A program made the translations under genes and the position numbers. Source: Candidatus Moraniibacteriota bacterium (lineage in GTDB: Bacteria > Patescibacteriota > Minisyncoccia > Moranbacterales > UBA11712). Taken from it: a DNA stretch of 64,000 nucleotides. Positions 36,981 through 45,058 of this stretch are shown here, in pieces. The notes below the pieces were generated by a model, which was given only the letters and a program-made list of their open reading frames with translations, was not told the DNA's origin and did not search any database. The DNA is taken from positions 5,517-69,516 of the forward strand of contig JAUXSN010000003.1 in NCBI GenBank assembly GCA_030679895.1. Reading direction: 5' to 3'. Within the stretch, counting starts at the first letter, position 1; every line of letters begins with the position of its first letter.

Positions 36981-37012
36981 TTTCAATTCCTAAAGTTGAT
37001 CTTCAGGAGCGG
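36981..37012. repeat. 32-bp direct repeat, copy 1 (palindromic core)
   Basis: tttcaattcctaaagttgatcttcaggagcgg; 3 mismatches to 38233..38264. Confidence 0.85.
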
Positions 37013-37597
37013 TCAATTTGATAAGTTTAGATTATTTTGGCTCATTATCATAATCTTTTTCGCTTCAAAATTGTCTTTGCTTTTAATATCTTCAAAAGCC
37101 TCGACCGCGACGTTGTAGTTTTCTTTAATGTCATCCAGGCTGGCCGGATTTTCCTGCTCTTTTTCTCTTTTAATTATTACGGTATTTTTCGTCACAAGCA
37201 TTTTATAGGTCTTGTGGCCCTCTCCGCAACTAAACATATCCACAGTTATCGTATTTCTCTCGACTCCGACAACCGTTCCGGAAAAGGCATAGGTCGCGCC
37301 GGAAGAAACAATTTTAGGAACAGCGGTAGGATCAGCGGGAACAAGAGCAGGAGGGGGAATGGGAGCGGGAGCGGACGGCGGCAAATTGATACTTTTTTCA
37401 CTGCTCATTTTTTTGGCCGGACTTTCTGAATATTTCGCCATCCAGAAGAAATAAACGCTGATAATGACAAAATTCAACAGAAAACCGACAAAAAAACCTA
37501 TCAGAACCGGTAGGATTTTTTTGCACCGTTTTTTTTCCGGCAATTTATCCTCGGCCTTTTCACTTTTCTTTTTGGTGATTTTTTTTATGTTTTTCAT
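37013..37597 (-). CDS. Membrane-anchored protein with Pro-rich linker and OB-fold-like domain (paralog of 40348..41001)
   Basis: TM helix, PPSAPAPIPPP, FSGTVVGVE...LDDIKEN...FEAKKI. Confidence 0.75.
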   Translation of the reverse strand: MKNIKKITKKKSEKAEDKLPEKKRCKKILPVLIGFFVGFLLNFVIISVYFFWMAKYSESPAKKMSSEKSINLPPSAPAPIPPPALVPADPTAVPKIVSSGATYAFSGTVVGVERNTITVDMFSCGEGHKTYKMLVTKNTVIIKREKEQENPASLDDIKENYNVAVEAFEDIKSKDNFEAKKIMIMSQNNLNLSN

Positions 37598-37631
37598 TTT
37601 TGATTATAAAGCTTTGAGACCGATGACCTTT

Positions 37632-38225
37632 CTAAAAGGGAATTGCTCCGCAGGACCCGAGCGGAACTGAACGGAATGATTTGCAAACCGGAGAAATTGG
37701 CGCGCCAGAACATTGCCAATACCACCCGCAGTTTACCGCTGTCATACCGACGACACTTCCGAAAGCGCACAGCGTCCCCCCTCGGTCGCCTGCAGTACTG
37801 CACGACACCCCGCCATTGGCCGTTCCACAGACACCAGGCGCTCCGAGAATAAAATTTCCCCAGTTCCAGCCCGACCATACATAACCGTTCCAAACCACGA
37901 CTTGAGCCTGATAATAACTGCCATCCACTTCCAAAGTTCCTGGCGGTATATAATAGACGTTATTTCCCGGATACCAAGCTGCATTAACTAACCCTGTGAA
38001 GTATTTCAAAGTCCAAGTGGCACCTGTCCATTTAAACACCGCGACTTCATAGTAGCTAACAGCATCGCCCGATAAGCCGACATTGATATCGGGATAATAG
38101 GGATTAGCTACAATAAAAAAATCAGCTAGGCACACAGTGGTGCTGGCGGCATGCACAGTATCCGGACAATAAAATAACAGCAAAAGACAAACGGAAGCGA
38201 ATATCAATCCGATTTTCTTCATCAT
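37632..38225 (-). CDS. Secreted Cys-rich protein (shorter paralog of 16465..17520)
   Basis: MMKKIGLIFASVCLLLLFYCPDTVHA vs MIKKIGSILFFVCLVLLFYCPDNVHA; shared PDIN.G.SG, YYIPPG, CGT.NG, W.W.CSG. Confidence 0.8.
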   Translation of the reverse strand: MMKKIGLIFASVCLLLLFYCPDTVHAASTTVCLADFFIVANPYYPDINVGLSGDAVSYYEVAVFKWTGATWTLKYFTGLVNAAWYPGNNVYYIPPGTLEVDGSYYQAQVVVWNGYVWSGWNWGNFILGAPGVCGTANGGVSCSTAGDRGGTLCAFGSVVGMTAVNCGWYWQCSGAPISPVCKSFRSVPLGSCGAIPF

Positions 38226-38232
38226 TTTTTAT

Positions 38233-38264
38233 TTTCAATTCCTAAGGTTGAACTTTAGGAGCGG
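38233..38264. repeat. 32-bp direct repeat, copy 2 (palindromic core)
   Basis: tttcaattcctaaggttgaactttaggagcgg. Confidence 0.85.
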
Positions 38265-38277
38265 CAAATTTTCCAGG

Positions 38278-40311
38278 TTATTTTGACTCCAGCGCTTCGA
38301 TTCTTCTTTTCAAATCGTTTATTATTTCTTCCCTTACTCTTTCATTCGCTTCAAGATTGTCGATTTTTTCGCGAAGGATTTCGACATCCTGATCTTTTTC
38401 TATCTTCAGATCTTTTATTGATTCGATAATCAGAGGCGTCAACTTGGAATAATCAACAGCTTTGAGACCCTGCTCATTCGTGGTCACGACTTCAGGAAGA
38501 ACCTTTTCCACATCTTGGGCGATAACACCAACTTGGTTTCCGGTTCCCATCTCTTCATCCTTCCAGGTGAAACTGACGCCTTTTATCGAGAGAACTTTAT
38601 TGAGCGCATCATTAATAGGCTTGATATCTTTTTTGAGATTGATATCCGACATACAATTATACTGATTGGCATAGACGACGTTCAAAACGGTTGTTGACGC
38701 CGGATCGACATAGTAGCCGGTATTGTTCGCGTCATAGAAGATAGGGGCTTGTATCCAGCTGTAGGAATAGATATTATCAAAGACTCCATAGTTCATACGC
38801 GAAGTGGAAGCCGGATCGACATAGTATCCGGTATTTTGCCGGTCATAGAGAATGTTGACGCGCAAATCATTGAGGATCGAAACATTATTGAGATCCATAT
38901 AATAAGTAGTATCGTTCCAGTCATATTCCGTCCAATTCCAGCCGTAATTTCTGCCCAAATAGTTGACCCTCGAAGTGTTGTTGAAATCCATGTAATAATT
39001 CCCGTCGTTCCAGTCATACATATATTGGGGACGGAGATCGACTATGTAGGCACTGTCGACGTAATAGAGCTGATTCATTCGGCTGGAGCCGTTGGGATCG
39101 ACATAATAGCCATTATTTTGCTGGTCATAGTATATCGGGGCTTGCATCCAGCCATAGGAATAAACATTGTCGTTGACGGTGTAATTGAAACGGGAGGTTC
39201 CATTGGGGTCTATGTAATAGCCCCCGTTGTTCCAATCATAAACAGGCCCGTTGAAAGAATAGACCGGCTGCATGCCATAGACATTTGAATAGTAATTAGG
39301 GTCAAGATAATATCCCGTGTTGTTTCCGTCATATATAATGGCAGCGTAGAGAGGTTTGGTTCCGCCGGGGCCGATGGTTACGGCATTACCGCCGTAATAG
39401 TTGAGTTCAAGCGTGCCTCCGCCTCCGTATCCTCCGTCTGTCTCAACGGTATCAACGGCGATAGAACCAGGGTTATAGTAAGCAGCGCCGTTTCCGATGC
39501 CATAAGCGCTCCCGGTTGTGATGCCAGAGCCATTGAATCCTATGCGCACACCCGAGCGCAGATAGTCATTCACATCCTTTCTCAAAAAATTGCCCCCCAT
39601 TTGGCTCATCCACATGCCGGCCGCGTTGGAATAAAAGTCTTGGGCATAGACAGGCGGACCATATCCGCCGCTTCGGTTTAGAAATTGAAAATATTGATCG
39701 GAGCCAAAATACATCGGGGAGCCGCCATTTCCCGCCAAGAGACCCGTATATCCCCACAGCGAACCCAGCTGGAGATCCGCTCGGCTGTTTTCGTCGTAAA
39801 GTCTAAAAACTCCACTGCCCATATATCCCTCGTATTTTCCAGCTGTGGAAAAATAAAGGTAAGATCCGTTGGTTTTGAGAGTGGGATATACGTTGGCTGA
39901 ATAACCCGGCAGGTCGCCAGTCAGACCTATCCATCCTTGAGAGGGAGCGCTGTTCACGATATTTCCGGCGGCCTGCGAATAGCTGTCGGTATACACCGGT
40001 CCGTGAAAATACCCGCCATATCCCGCGTATCCCAAAAGCCCGTAGGCTCCGTTGCTAGTGTTGACGCCATAGACCCCATAACTTGCTCCCTGGGCATATA
40101 TACCGTAGCCTCCGGCTCCGCTGATGGATAAAGATCCTTGTTTGATTTGAGAAGTTGTTCCCGTATGAAGAGGCGCGGCGATGTTTCCTCCGGGCGGGGT
40201 AGCGCTTGGTTCCACCCAGGCATTGGCAAAGGAATAGATCGAGAAGCCAAGCGAAAAAAGTATCAGGATTATGGCTGACGCGCGGACGGGATGAAGTTGG
40301 AATTTCGACAT
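38278..40311 (-). CDS. Secreted fibre/adhesin-like protein with YD..N..YY.DP repeats and C-terminal peptidase S74 (intramolecular chaperone) domain
   Basis: Signal peptide, WVEPSATPPGGN, seven repeats, then SDINLKKDI...GVIAQDVEKVLPEVV...VDYSKLTPLIIESIKDL and a coiled coil. Confidence 0.85.
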   Translation of the reverse strand: MSKFQLHPVRASAIILILFSLGFSIYSFANAWVEPSATPPGGNIAAPLHTGTTSQIKQGSLSISGAGGYGIYAQGASYGVYGVNTSNGAYGLLGYAGYGGYFHGPVYTDSYSQAAGNIVNSAPSQGWIGLTGDLPGYSANVYPTLKTNGSYLYFSTAGKYEGYMGSGVFRLYDENSRADLQLGSLWGYTGLLAGNGGSPMYFGSDQYFQFLNRSGGYGPPVYAQDFYSNAAGMWMSQMGGNFLRKDVNDYLRSGVRIGFNGSGITTGSAYGIGNGAAYYNPGSIAVDTVETDGGYGGGGTLELNYYGGNAVTIGPGGTKPLYAAIIYDGNNTGYYLDPNYYSNVYGMQPVYSFNGPVYDWNNGGYYIDPNGTSRFNYTVNDNVYSYGWMQAPIYYDQQNNGYYVDPNGSSRMNQLYYVDSAYIVDLRPQYMYDWNDGNYYMDFNNTSRVNYLGRNYGWNWTEYDWNDTTYYMDLNNVSILNDLRVNILYDRQNTGYYVDPASTSRMNYGVFDNIYSYSWIQAPIFYDANNTGYYVDPASTTVLNVVYANQYNCMSDINLKKDIKPINDALNKVLSIKGVSFTWKDEEMGTGNQVGVIAQDVEKVLPEVVTTNEQGLKAVDYSKLTPLIIESIKDLKIEKDQDVEILREKIDNLEANERVREEIINDLKRRIEALESK

Positions 40312-40347
40312 AGAATTAGGGACTAGATTATTTATTTTTGTCGGATA

Positions 40348-41001
40348 CTATTTTTGAGCAGAAGGCGCAGCCGGAGGAGCCGGGAGATCGGTAGGAGCGG
40401 GAAAATTGTCCGCTTTCAAAGGAGCGGCAGGCACAGGCGGCGGAGTTGGAATTGAATTCATATCCGATGTTGCGGAAGGAGCGGGAAGATTGGATATCTC
40501 AATGTAAACAGTTTTAGCTTCGAATTCAGTTTTATCTTTGATATTTTCATCGGATTCAACGGTGATGCTGTCGTTTTGGCGGATATCCTCCAGCTTGGCA
40601 TCAGTAGTAGTGAAAGGCTCAAAAGACTTTCCTTCCTCCGGTTTGGGGATTTCTTTTTTTATTTCTCTTTTCTGGATTTTGGTATTGTCGCCGATTTTGA
40701 CCTTATACGACTTCTCTTGCCCGAAGAAAAACGACTTTACCGTCAATGTTCCATCCTGGATTTCAGTGACTGTTCCGCCTATACTGAAGACTTCGTTTGG
40801 AACGGGAACAGTAGGAGCTTCGGGAATGGCGCTTGCTTTTTTCTCGGCCACTTTTTGAGCTTCAGCGCATTCATTTTCCACTTTGGTAACTTTTTTCTGT
40901 ATCCAGAGGCCGGAAACGAGAGCTCCGAGAATGAAAACCAGCACAAACCCGCCCGCCATAATGGCTATTTTGCGGCCTTTGTTTTCGATTGGCATGTCCA
41001 T
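40348..41001 (-). CDS. Membrane-anchored protein with OB-fold-like domain and Pro-rich tail
   Basis: TM helix, FSIGGTVTEI...LEDIRQND...FEAKTV. Confidence 0.78.
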   Translation of the reverse strand: MDMPIENKGRKIAIMAGGFVLVFILGALVSGLWIQKKVTKVENECAEAQKVAEKKASAIPEAPTVPVPNEVFSIGGTVTEIQDGTLTVKSFFFGQEKSYKVKIGDNTKIQKREIKKEIPKPEEGKSFEPFTTTDAKLEDIRQNDSITVESDENIKDKTEFEAKTVYIEISNLPAPSATSDMNSIPTPPPVPAAPLKADNFPAPTDLPAPPAAPSAQK

Positions 41002-41083
41002 ATTTTTGTTTTAAGGATTATTTAAACATATTTTAGCATAACGGTCATATATCTTCAATGGCAAGTTATCCGCATTCTTGCTG

Positions 41084-42358
41084 CTAGGGAGCTGCCTCAA
41101 TCCAACCCGGCCGGCTTACGAAAAGTTCACAGCTCCCGCTCCCGCAAGACGCGCAACTGGACGCCGCCGTAACCTGAAAATTTTTCATGGCGCAATATTT
41201 TCCTCCGGGAGTGGTCGTGTATATTTCCACGGAATAGGTCGAGCCGCTCGCCGTCGCGCTTTTCACGCAGTCCGAGTCGCTCCCTGAATAGCTCCAGTTT
41301 ACTGACGGATCGGAATATCCTGTTATATCGGCCGTGAATGTTGCAGTTTCTCCGGGTATTATGGTCGTCTCTTCCGGAGAACACTTCGTTGAACAGCTTT
41401 GCAAAATAGTCAGAGCGGCACTGCTTTGCCCGCAAATGGATTGTTCCGTAACCGTCGCGGAGTCGGAGCATATATTTTCCGGAATATTAGTAATGAAAAT
41501 ATCAAAATTATATGATGTCTGTCCGGCCGGAAAAACGACAGGATTTGTCGGAAAAGAAAGCCGGGAGGGATTACTACTTGAAAGATTCACCGAAACAGGA
41601 AAGCTGGCCGCCCGATTGCGAACCAAAGAAAGGCTGCTCGCGGTTTCGTAAATTGTCTGGCTTGCCGAAGGAAAAGCAATGCTGCAAATTTCAGCGTTCG
41701 CAAATTTTATCCATCCCAAGCCGGAATTGTTGCTAACATTCGCACCTTGGTTTCCGGAATTCCAGCCGTAGCTATTGCTGCCGGCCAAACCGTCTTGCTG
41801 CAAACTCAATCCATAAGTGGAGCCTTTGAGCCTGATCCACCCGTCGTCTCCCATAGAGACAATCTTCGCCCATCCGTCAACATATCCCTGATAATCATTT
41901 CCGGTCTTATGCCACTCGGCCGAATGGCATTCGCCGGGACAAAAAGGAGGAGAACCGGCCTGAAAATTGACCCAGCCTATTGATTCAGCGTCATTTTGGC
42001 AAGTCAAACCGGAAAGATTGGCGCTATAGGGATCCGAAGTAGAACCGATCCCAAACCAGGCGTATCCGTTGACCGACCGGGTATTGTCTCCCTGACTTCC
42101 TCCAAGGGTGACGGCATAAGCCGATCCCGAGCAGCTTGTCTGCCCGGAGGAAAAACTCAACCAGCCGCCCACCGGCTCGCCGGTGTTCACTCCGTTTACC
42201 AAATCATTTCCAATCCATCCAAACCCGCTTAAATTGAGATCAGCCAAAGAGAAACGAGAAAAATAGAAAAGGCCTGCCGCTAATATAACTAGCAGTAATG
42301 GCAAAAGAAACTTTTTTTTCACTTTAGTCTTTTTTTGTTTTTTGACCGTCATCGTCAT
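41084..42358 (-). CDS. Secreted/surface hypothetical protein with G(F/Y)AW...GW repeats and Ig-like C-terminus
   Basis: N-terminal TM; SGFGW, GGWLSF, NGYAW, IGWVNF, DGWAK, LGWIKF; Cys pairs. Confidence 0.8.
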   Translation of the reverse strand: MTMTVKKQKKTKVKKKFLLPLLLVILAAGLFYFSRFSLADLNLSGFGWIGNDLVNGVNTGEPVGGWLSFSSGQTSCSGSAYAVTLGGSQGDNTRSVNGYAWFGIGSTSDPYSANLSGLTCQNDAESIGWVNFQAGSPPFCPGECHSAEWHKTGNDYQGYVDGWAKIVSMGDDGWIRLKGSTYGLSLQQDGLAGSNSYGWNSGNQGANVSNNSGLGWIKFANAEICSIAFPSASQTIYETASSLSLVRNRAASFPVSVNLSSSNPSRLSFPTNPVVFPAGQTSYNFDIFITNIPENICSDSATVTEQSICGQSSAALTILQSCSTKCSPEETTIIPGETATFTADITGYSDPSVNWSYSGSDSDCVKSATASGSTYSVEIYTTTPGGKYCAMKNFQVTAASSCASCGSGSCELFVSRPGWIEAAP

Positions 42359-42505
42359 AAAAGAAGATTTTTTATACGAAGAAGAAAAATATCCTAAAGT
42401 AATGCAAAAAAACGCTTCCAGTGGCGATATTTTTAAAAGAGATCCTTTATTGGTTATATTATATCACAATAAAGGAAGGGTAGCTATCCACACCCTCAAA
42501 TCCGG

Positions 42506-42724
42506 TTAGCTTATTTCAATAAGCTTCACTCGAGTAGATTTTCCGCCGATTATTGTAATTGAGCTTTTCGGCGCGTCAAAATATTCGGCCAGTATTTTGA
42601 TCACGGCGTCATTGGCTTTCCCTTTTTCCGGCGGCGCTGTGACTTTCACTTTATATTCGCCTTCGGAAATTTTCACGACTTCGTTTTTCCCCGCGCGCGG
42701 GGTCACTTTGACGTAGATTCTCAT
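42506..42724 (-). CDS. DUF167/YggU family protein
   Basis: MRIYVKVTPRAGKNEV...VTAPPEKGKAN...GGKSTRVK. Confidence 0.9.
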   Translation of the reverse strand: MRIYVKVTPRAGKNEVVKISEGEYKVKVTAPPEKGKANDAVIKILAEYFDAPKSSITIIGGKSTRVKLIEIS

Positions 42725-42767
42725 ATATTTCCTACTAATCCCTTTCCTAATCAACGAGATTAGGAAA

Positions 42768-43691
42768 TTAGTTAATGTATTTTTTCGCTTCGGGAGTAAG
42801 AAAAATATTTCTTTTGTAATCCAAAAAAATTGCGGCGGTTTTGTTTTTTTTTGCAAATTCCAGTCCCCTTTCTTTTCCCATGAGCATCAGCACCTTGGCT
42901 CGGCCGTCGGCATATTCCGTTTTTTCGGAAATCACGGAAACGGTTCGGAGCTCGTAGGAAAAATGATTCGGATTTTTCGGATTCACAAGATGATGGAATT
43001 TCTTTCCTTTTATTTCCCATTTCTTTCGGCTGATGCCGGAAGTGGCAATGCCCCTGTCCGTTATCTCGAGCATCAATTTTTCTTCCGGCACGCCTTCGAT
43101 GGAAATTTTCCAATCCGCGCCGTCTTTGTTTTTTCCGACTATCCGCATGTCCCCGCCGGAATCAATCAGAAAGTTTTTCCAGCCTCTCTTTTTCAAAAAT
43201 TCAGCGGCGCAATCGGTGATGTATCCCTTGGCGATGCCGGAAAAATCCATCCTCTTTTTGAACAATATTGTGTCTCCGCTCACTCCTAAATCACGAGACA
43301 AATCGCCCTCAATTTTTGAAAATTTTTCCGGAAGATCCAGCTTTCTAAAATCAGTTTTCTGAAAATCCAGGCCATAGCCGATTTTTTCCAAAACTCCGAT
43401 GATTCTGGGATCATAAAGTCCCCCGCTGATTTCGTTATAGTGAAGCGCGCGACCGGCCAGATACAAAATATCCGGCGACGCTTTTTGAAAGACACCTGAA
43501 TTTTGATTCAGCCGGCTAAGCTCGCTTTCCGCGCTGAAACGGCAGAAAATTTTTTGCTTGGCGCGATAAATATTTTCGATTTCTTCTATATCTTTTTTCG
43601 CCTTTTTTCTTTCTGCCTCATCATTAATAACAATACAAACATTTATATCAGTGCCCAGAGCGCGAAAATTTGATTTTACTTCAGATTTCAT
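42768..43691 (-). CDS. apbE: FAD:protein FMN transferase (ApbE family)
   Basis: ALGT, SELSRLN, DFSGIAKGY, DSGGD, IATSG, HHLVNP. Confidence 0.92.
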   Translation of the reverse strand: MKSEVKSNFRALGTDINVCIVINDEAERKKAKKDIEEIENIYRAKQKIFCRFSAESELSRLNQNSGVFQKASPDILYLAGRALHYNEISGGLYDPRIIGVLEKIGYGLDFQKTDFRKLDLPEKFSKIEGDLSRDLGVSGDTILFKKRMDFSGIAKGYITDCAAEFLKKRGWKNFLIDSGGDMRIVGKNKDGADWKISIEGVPEEKLMLEITDRGIATSGISRKKWEIKGKKFHHLVNPKNPNHFSYELRTVSVISEKTEYADGRAKVLMLMGKERGLEFAKKNKTAAIFLDYKRNIFLTPEAKKYIN

Positions 43692-43737
43692 AAGAGCCTA
43701 AAAATCTCTATCCTGAGATCGGATCTTAGGATAGAGA

Positions 43738-43992
43738 TTAATTTACTATTTTTTTGATCTCTCCTTTCACTTGATCGTCAATTTGATCCGGAAGCATATC
43801 GCCCGCCGGATTGTGAATAGTGGCTTCATGGTAGACAAACCCCTCAACCTTTCTCACGACTTTTTTCAGAAAATCTTTTTCCGGTTTGTTGATTGTGAGA
43901 GAAAACGGAGAAAAACTCACGGAAAAAATACCGCCGAGCCAGGCAAGGAGGACAACTAAAATTACAAGTAAGAAAATAATTTTTTTTATCAT
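43738..43992 (-). CDS. Small membrane hypothetical protein
   Basis: N-terminal hydrophobic helix; co-oriented in the gene string. Confidence 0.6.
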   Translation of the reverse strand: MIKKIIFLLVILVVLLAWLGGIFSVSFSPFSLTINKPEKDFLKKVVRKVEGFVYHEATIHNPAGDMLPDQIDDQVKGEIKKIVN

Positions 43993-44021
43993 AATTTAGT
44001 TCAAAGCGCAAAACCATATTT

Positions 44022-44124
44022 TGTCATCCCGCGCTTGATGCGGGATCCAGTTTCTGCAAGTAGAATTATATTTTCTGGATCCCCGCTGGAGTTTATCCTC
44101 GTGAAAACGGGGACGGGGATGACA
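44022..44124. repeat. REP/RPE-like bipartite hairpin element, copy 2
   Basis: tgtcatcccgcgcttgatgcgggatccag...ctggatccccgctggagtttatcctcgtgaaaacggggacggggatgaca. Confidence 0.85.
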
Positions 44125-44149
44125 CTCAAAAAAATGTGAGTTTTGCATA

Positions 44150-44869
44150 TCATCTTATTTCTATCTTCTCAAAATATTTCTCGATATTTTTCGCTATTTT
44201 TTCGAGATCCAGCCTTTTCCCTTTTGTTTTTTTCTTGAGATTCGGATCGAGTATTTTCCCCTTGTCTTCAAAAGCTTGCAGGACATATTTTTTCGCGCCT
44301 TCGAGCCACTTCCCGATTTTGGAAAAATCGCCTTCGGAATGCAAACCGGGCACGGCAGTTGTGCGAAATTCATAGTCAACACCGCTGTTTCGTATCAAAT
44401 CCACGCTCAACTTAATACGCTCTACATCCACTTCGCTATTCGTCGTGGAATTGTATCTTTCCGGGCTGTTTTTGATGTCCATCGCTACAAAATCAAGCAG
44501 CTTGCCTGCCGATGAGGCAGGTTTCTCCGAAAATAGCCGCCTCAATATGTCCGGGCGGGCGCCGTTTGTGTCAAGCTTCACTTTATAGCCTATGCTTTTT
44601 ATTTTCTTTATAAAATCAACAATATCCGGCTGAAGAGTCGGCTCACCCCCGGTGATGCAAACTCCTTCGATTTTTCCTTTTCTCGTTTCTAAAAATTTAA
44701 AAAAATCTTCTTCCAATATATTGGAAATTGGAAATTGGAAATTGGAAATTGCCAACTCGGGGTTGTGGCAAAACGGGCAGCGGAAATTACATCCCACCGT
44801 GAAAACAGTCGCGGCAATATGGCCGGGATAGTCAATGAGCGTCAGTTTTTGTAAACCGCCGAGAATCAT
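44150..44869 (-). CDS. nrdG: Anaerobic ribonucleotide reductase activating radical SAM protein
   Basis: LIDYPG, GCNFRCPFCHNP, ITGGEPT, KLDTNG, YEFRTT; adjacent to nrdD. Confidence 0.92.
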   Translation of the reverse strand: MILGGLQKLTLIDYPGHIAATVFTVGCNFRCPFCHNPELAISNFQFPISNILEEDFFKFLETRKGKIEGVCITGGEPTLQPDIVDFIKKIKSIGYKVKLDTNGARPDILRRLFSEKPASSAGKLLDFVAMDIKNSPERYNSTTNSEVDVERIKLSVDLIRNSGVDYEFRTTAVPGLHSEGDFSKIGKWLEGAKKYVLQAFEDKGKILDPNLKKKTKGKRLDLEKIAKNIEKYFEKIEIR

Positions 44870-45058
44870 AAAATATAAAATACTAAATCGCCGAAGAATT
44901 GAAATTTTTGCAGAAAATTTTGTTTGAGAATATGATTTATGTCGAAAAAATACGTGATAGATTTGCGTATGAAGTATTTTTTCGCTACAGAAATCATATT
45001 CGAGTTAATTTTCAAGAAAATTTCGGTTCTTTCGGCGATTCTAATATGTCGTACGTAA

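Noticed and set aside
38278-40311. Prophage tail gene or shufflon
   Set aside because: Has a signal peptide; no phage structural genes, integrase or invertase sites nearby
44150-44869. Additional RiPP radical SAM
   Set aside because: Typical NrdG-type activase adjacent to nrdD
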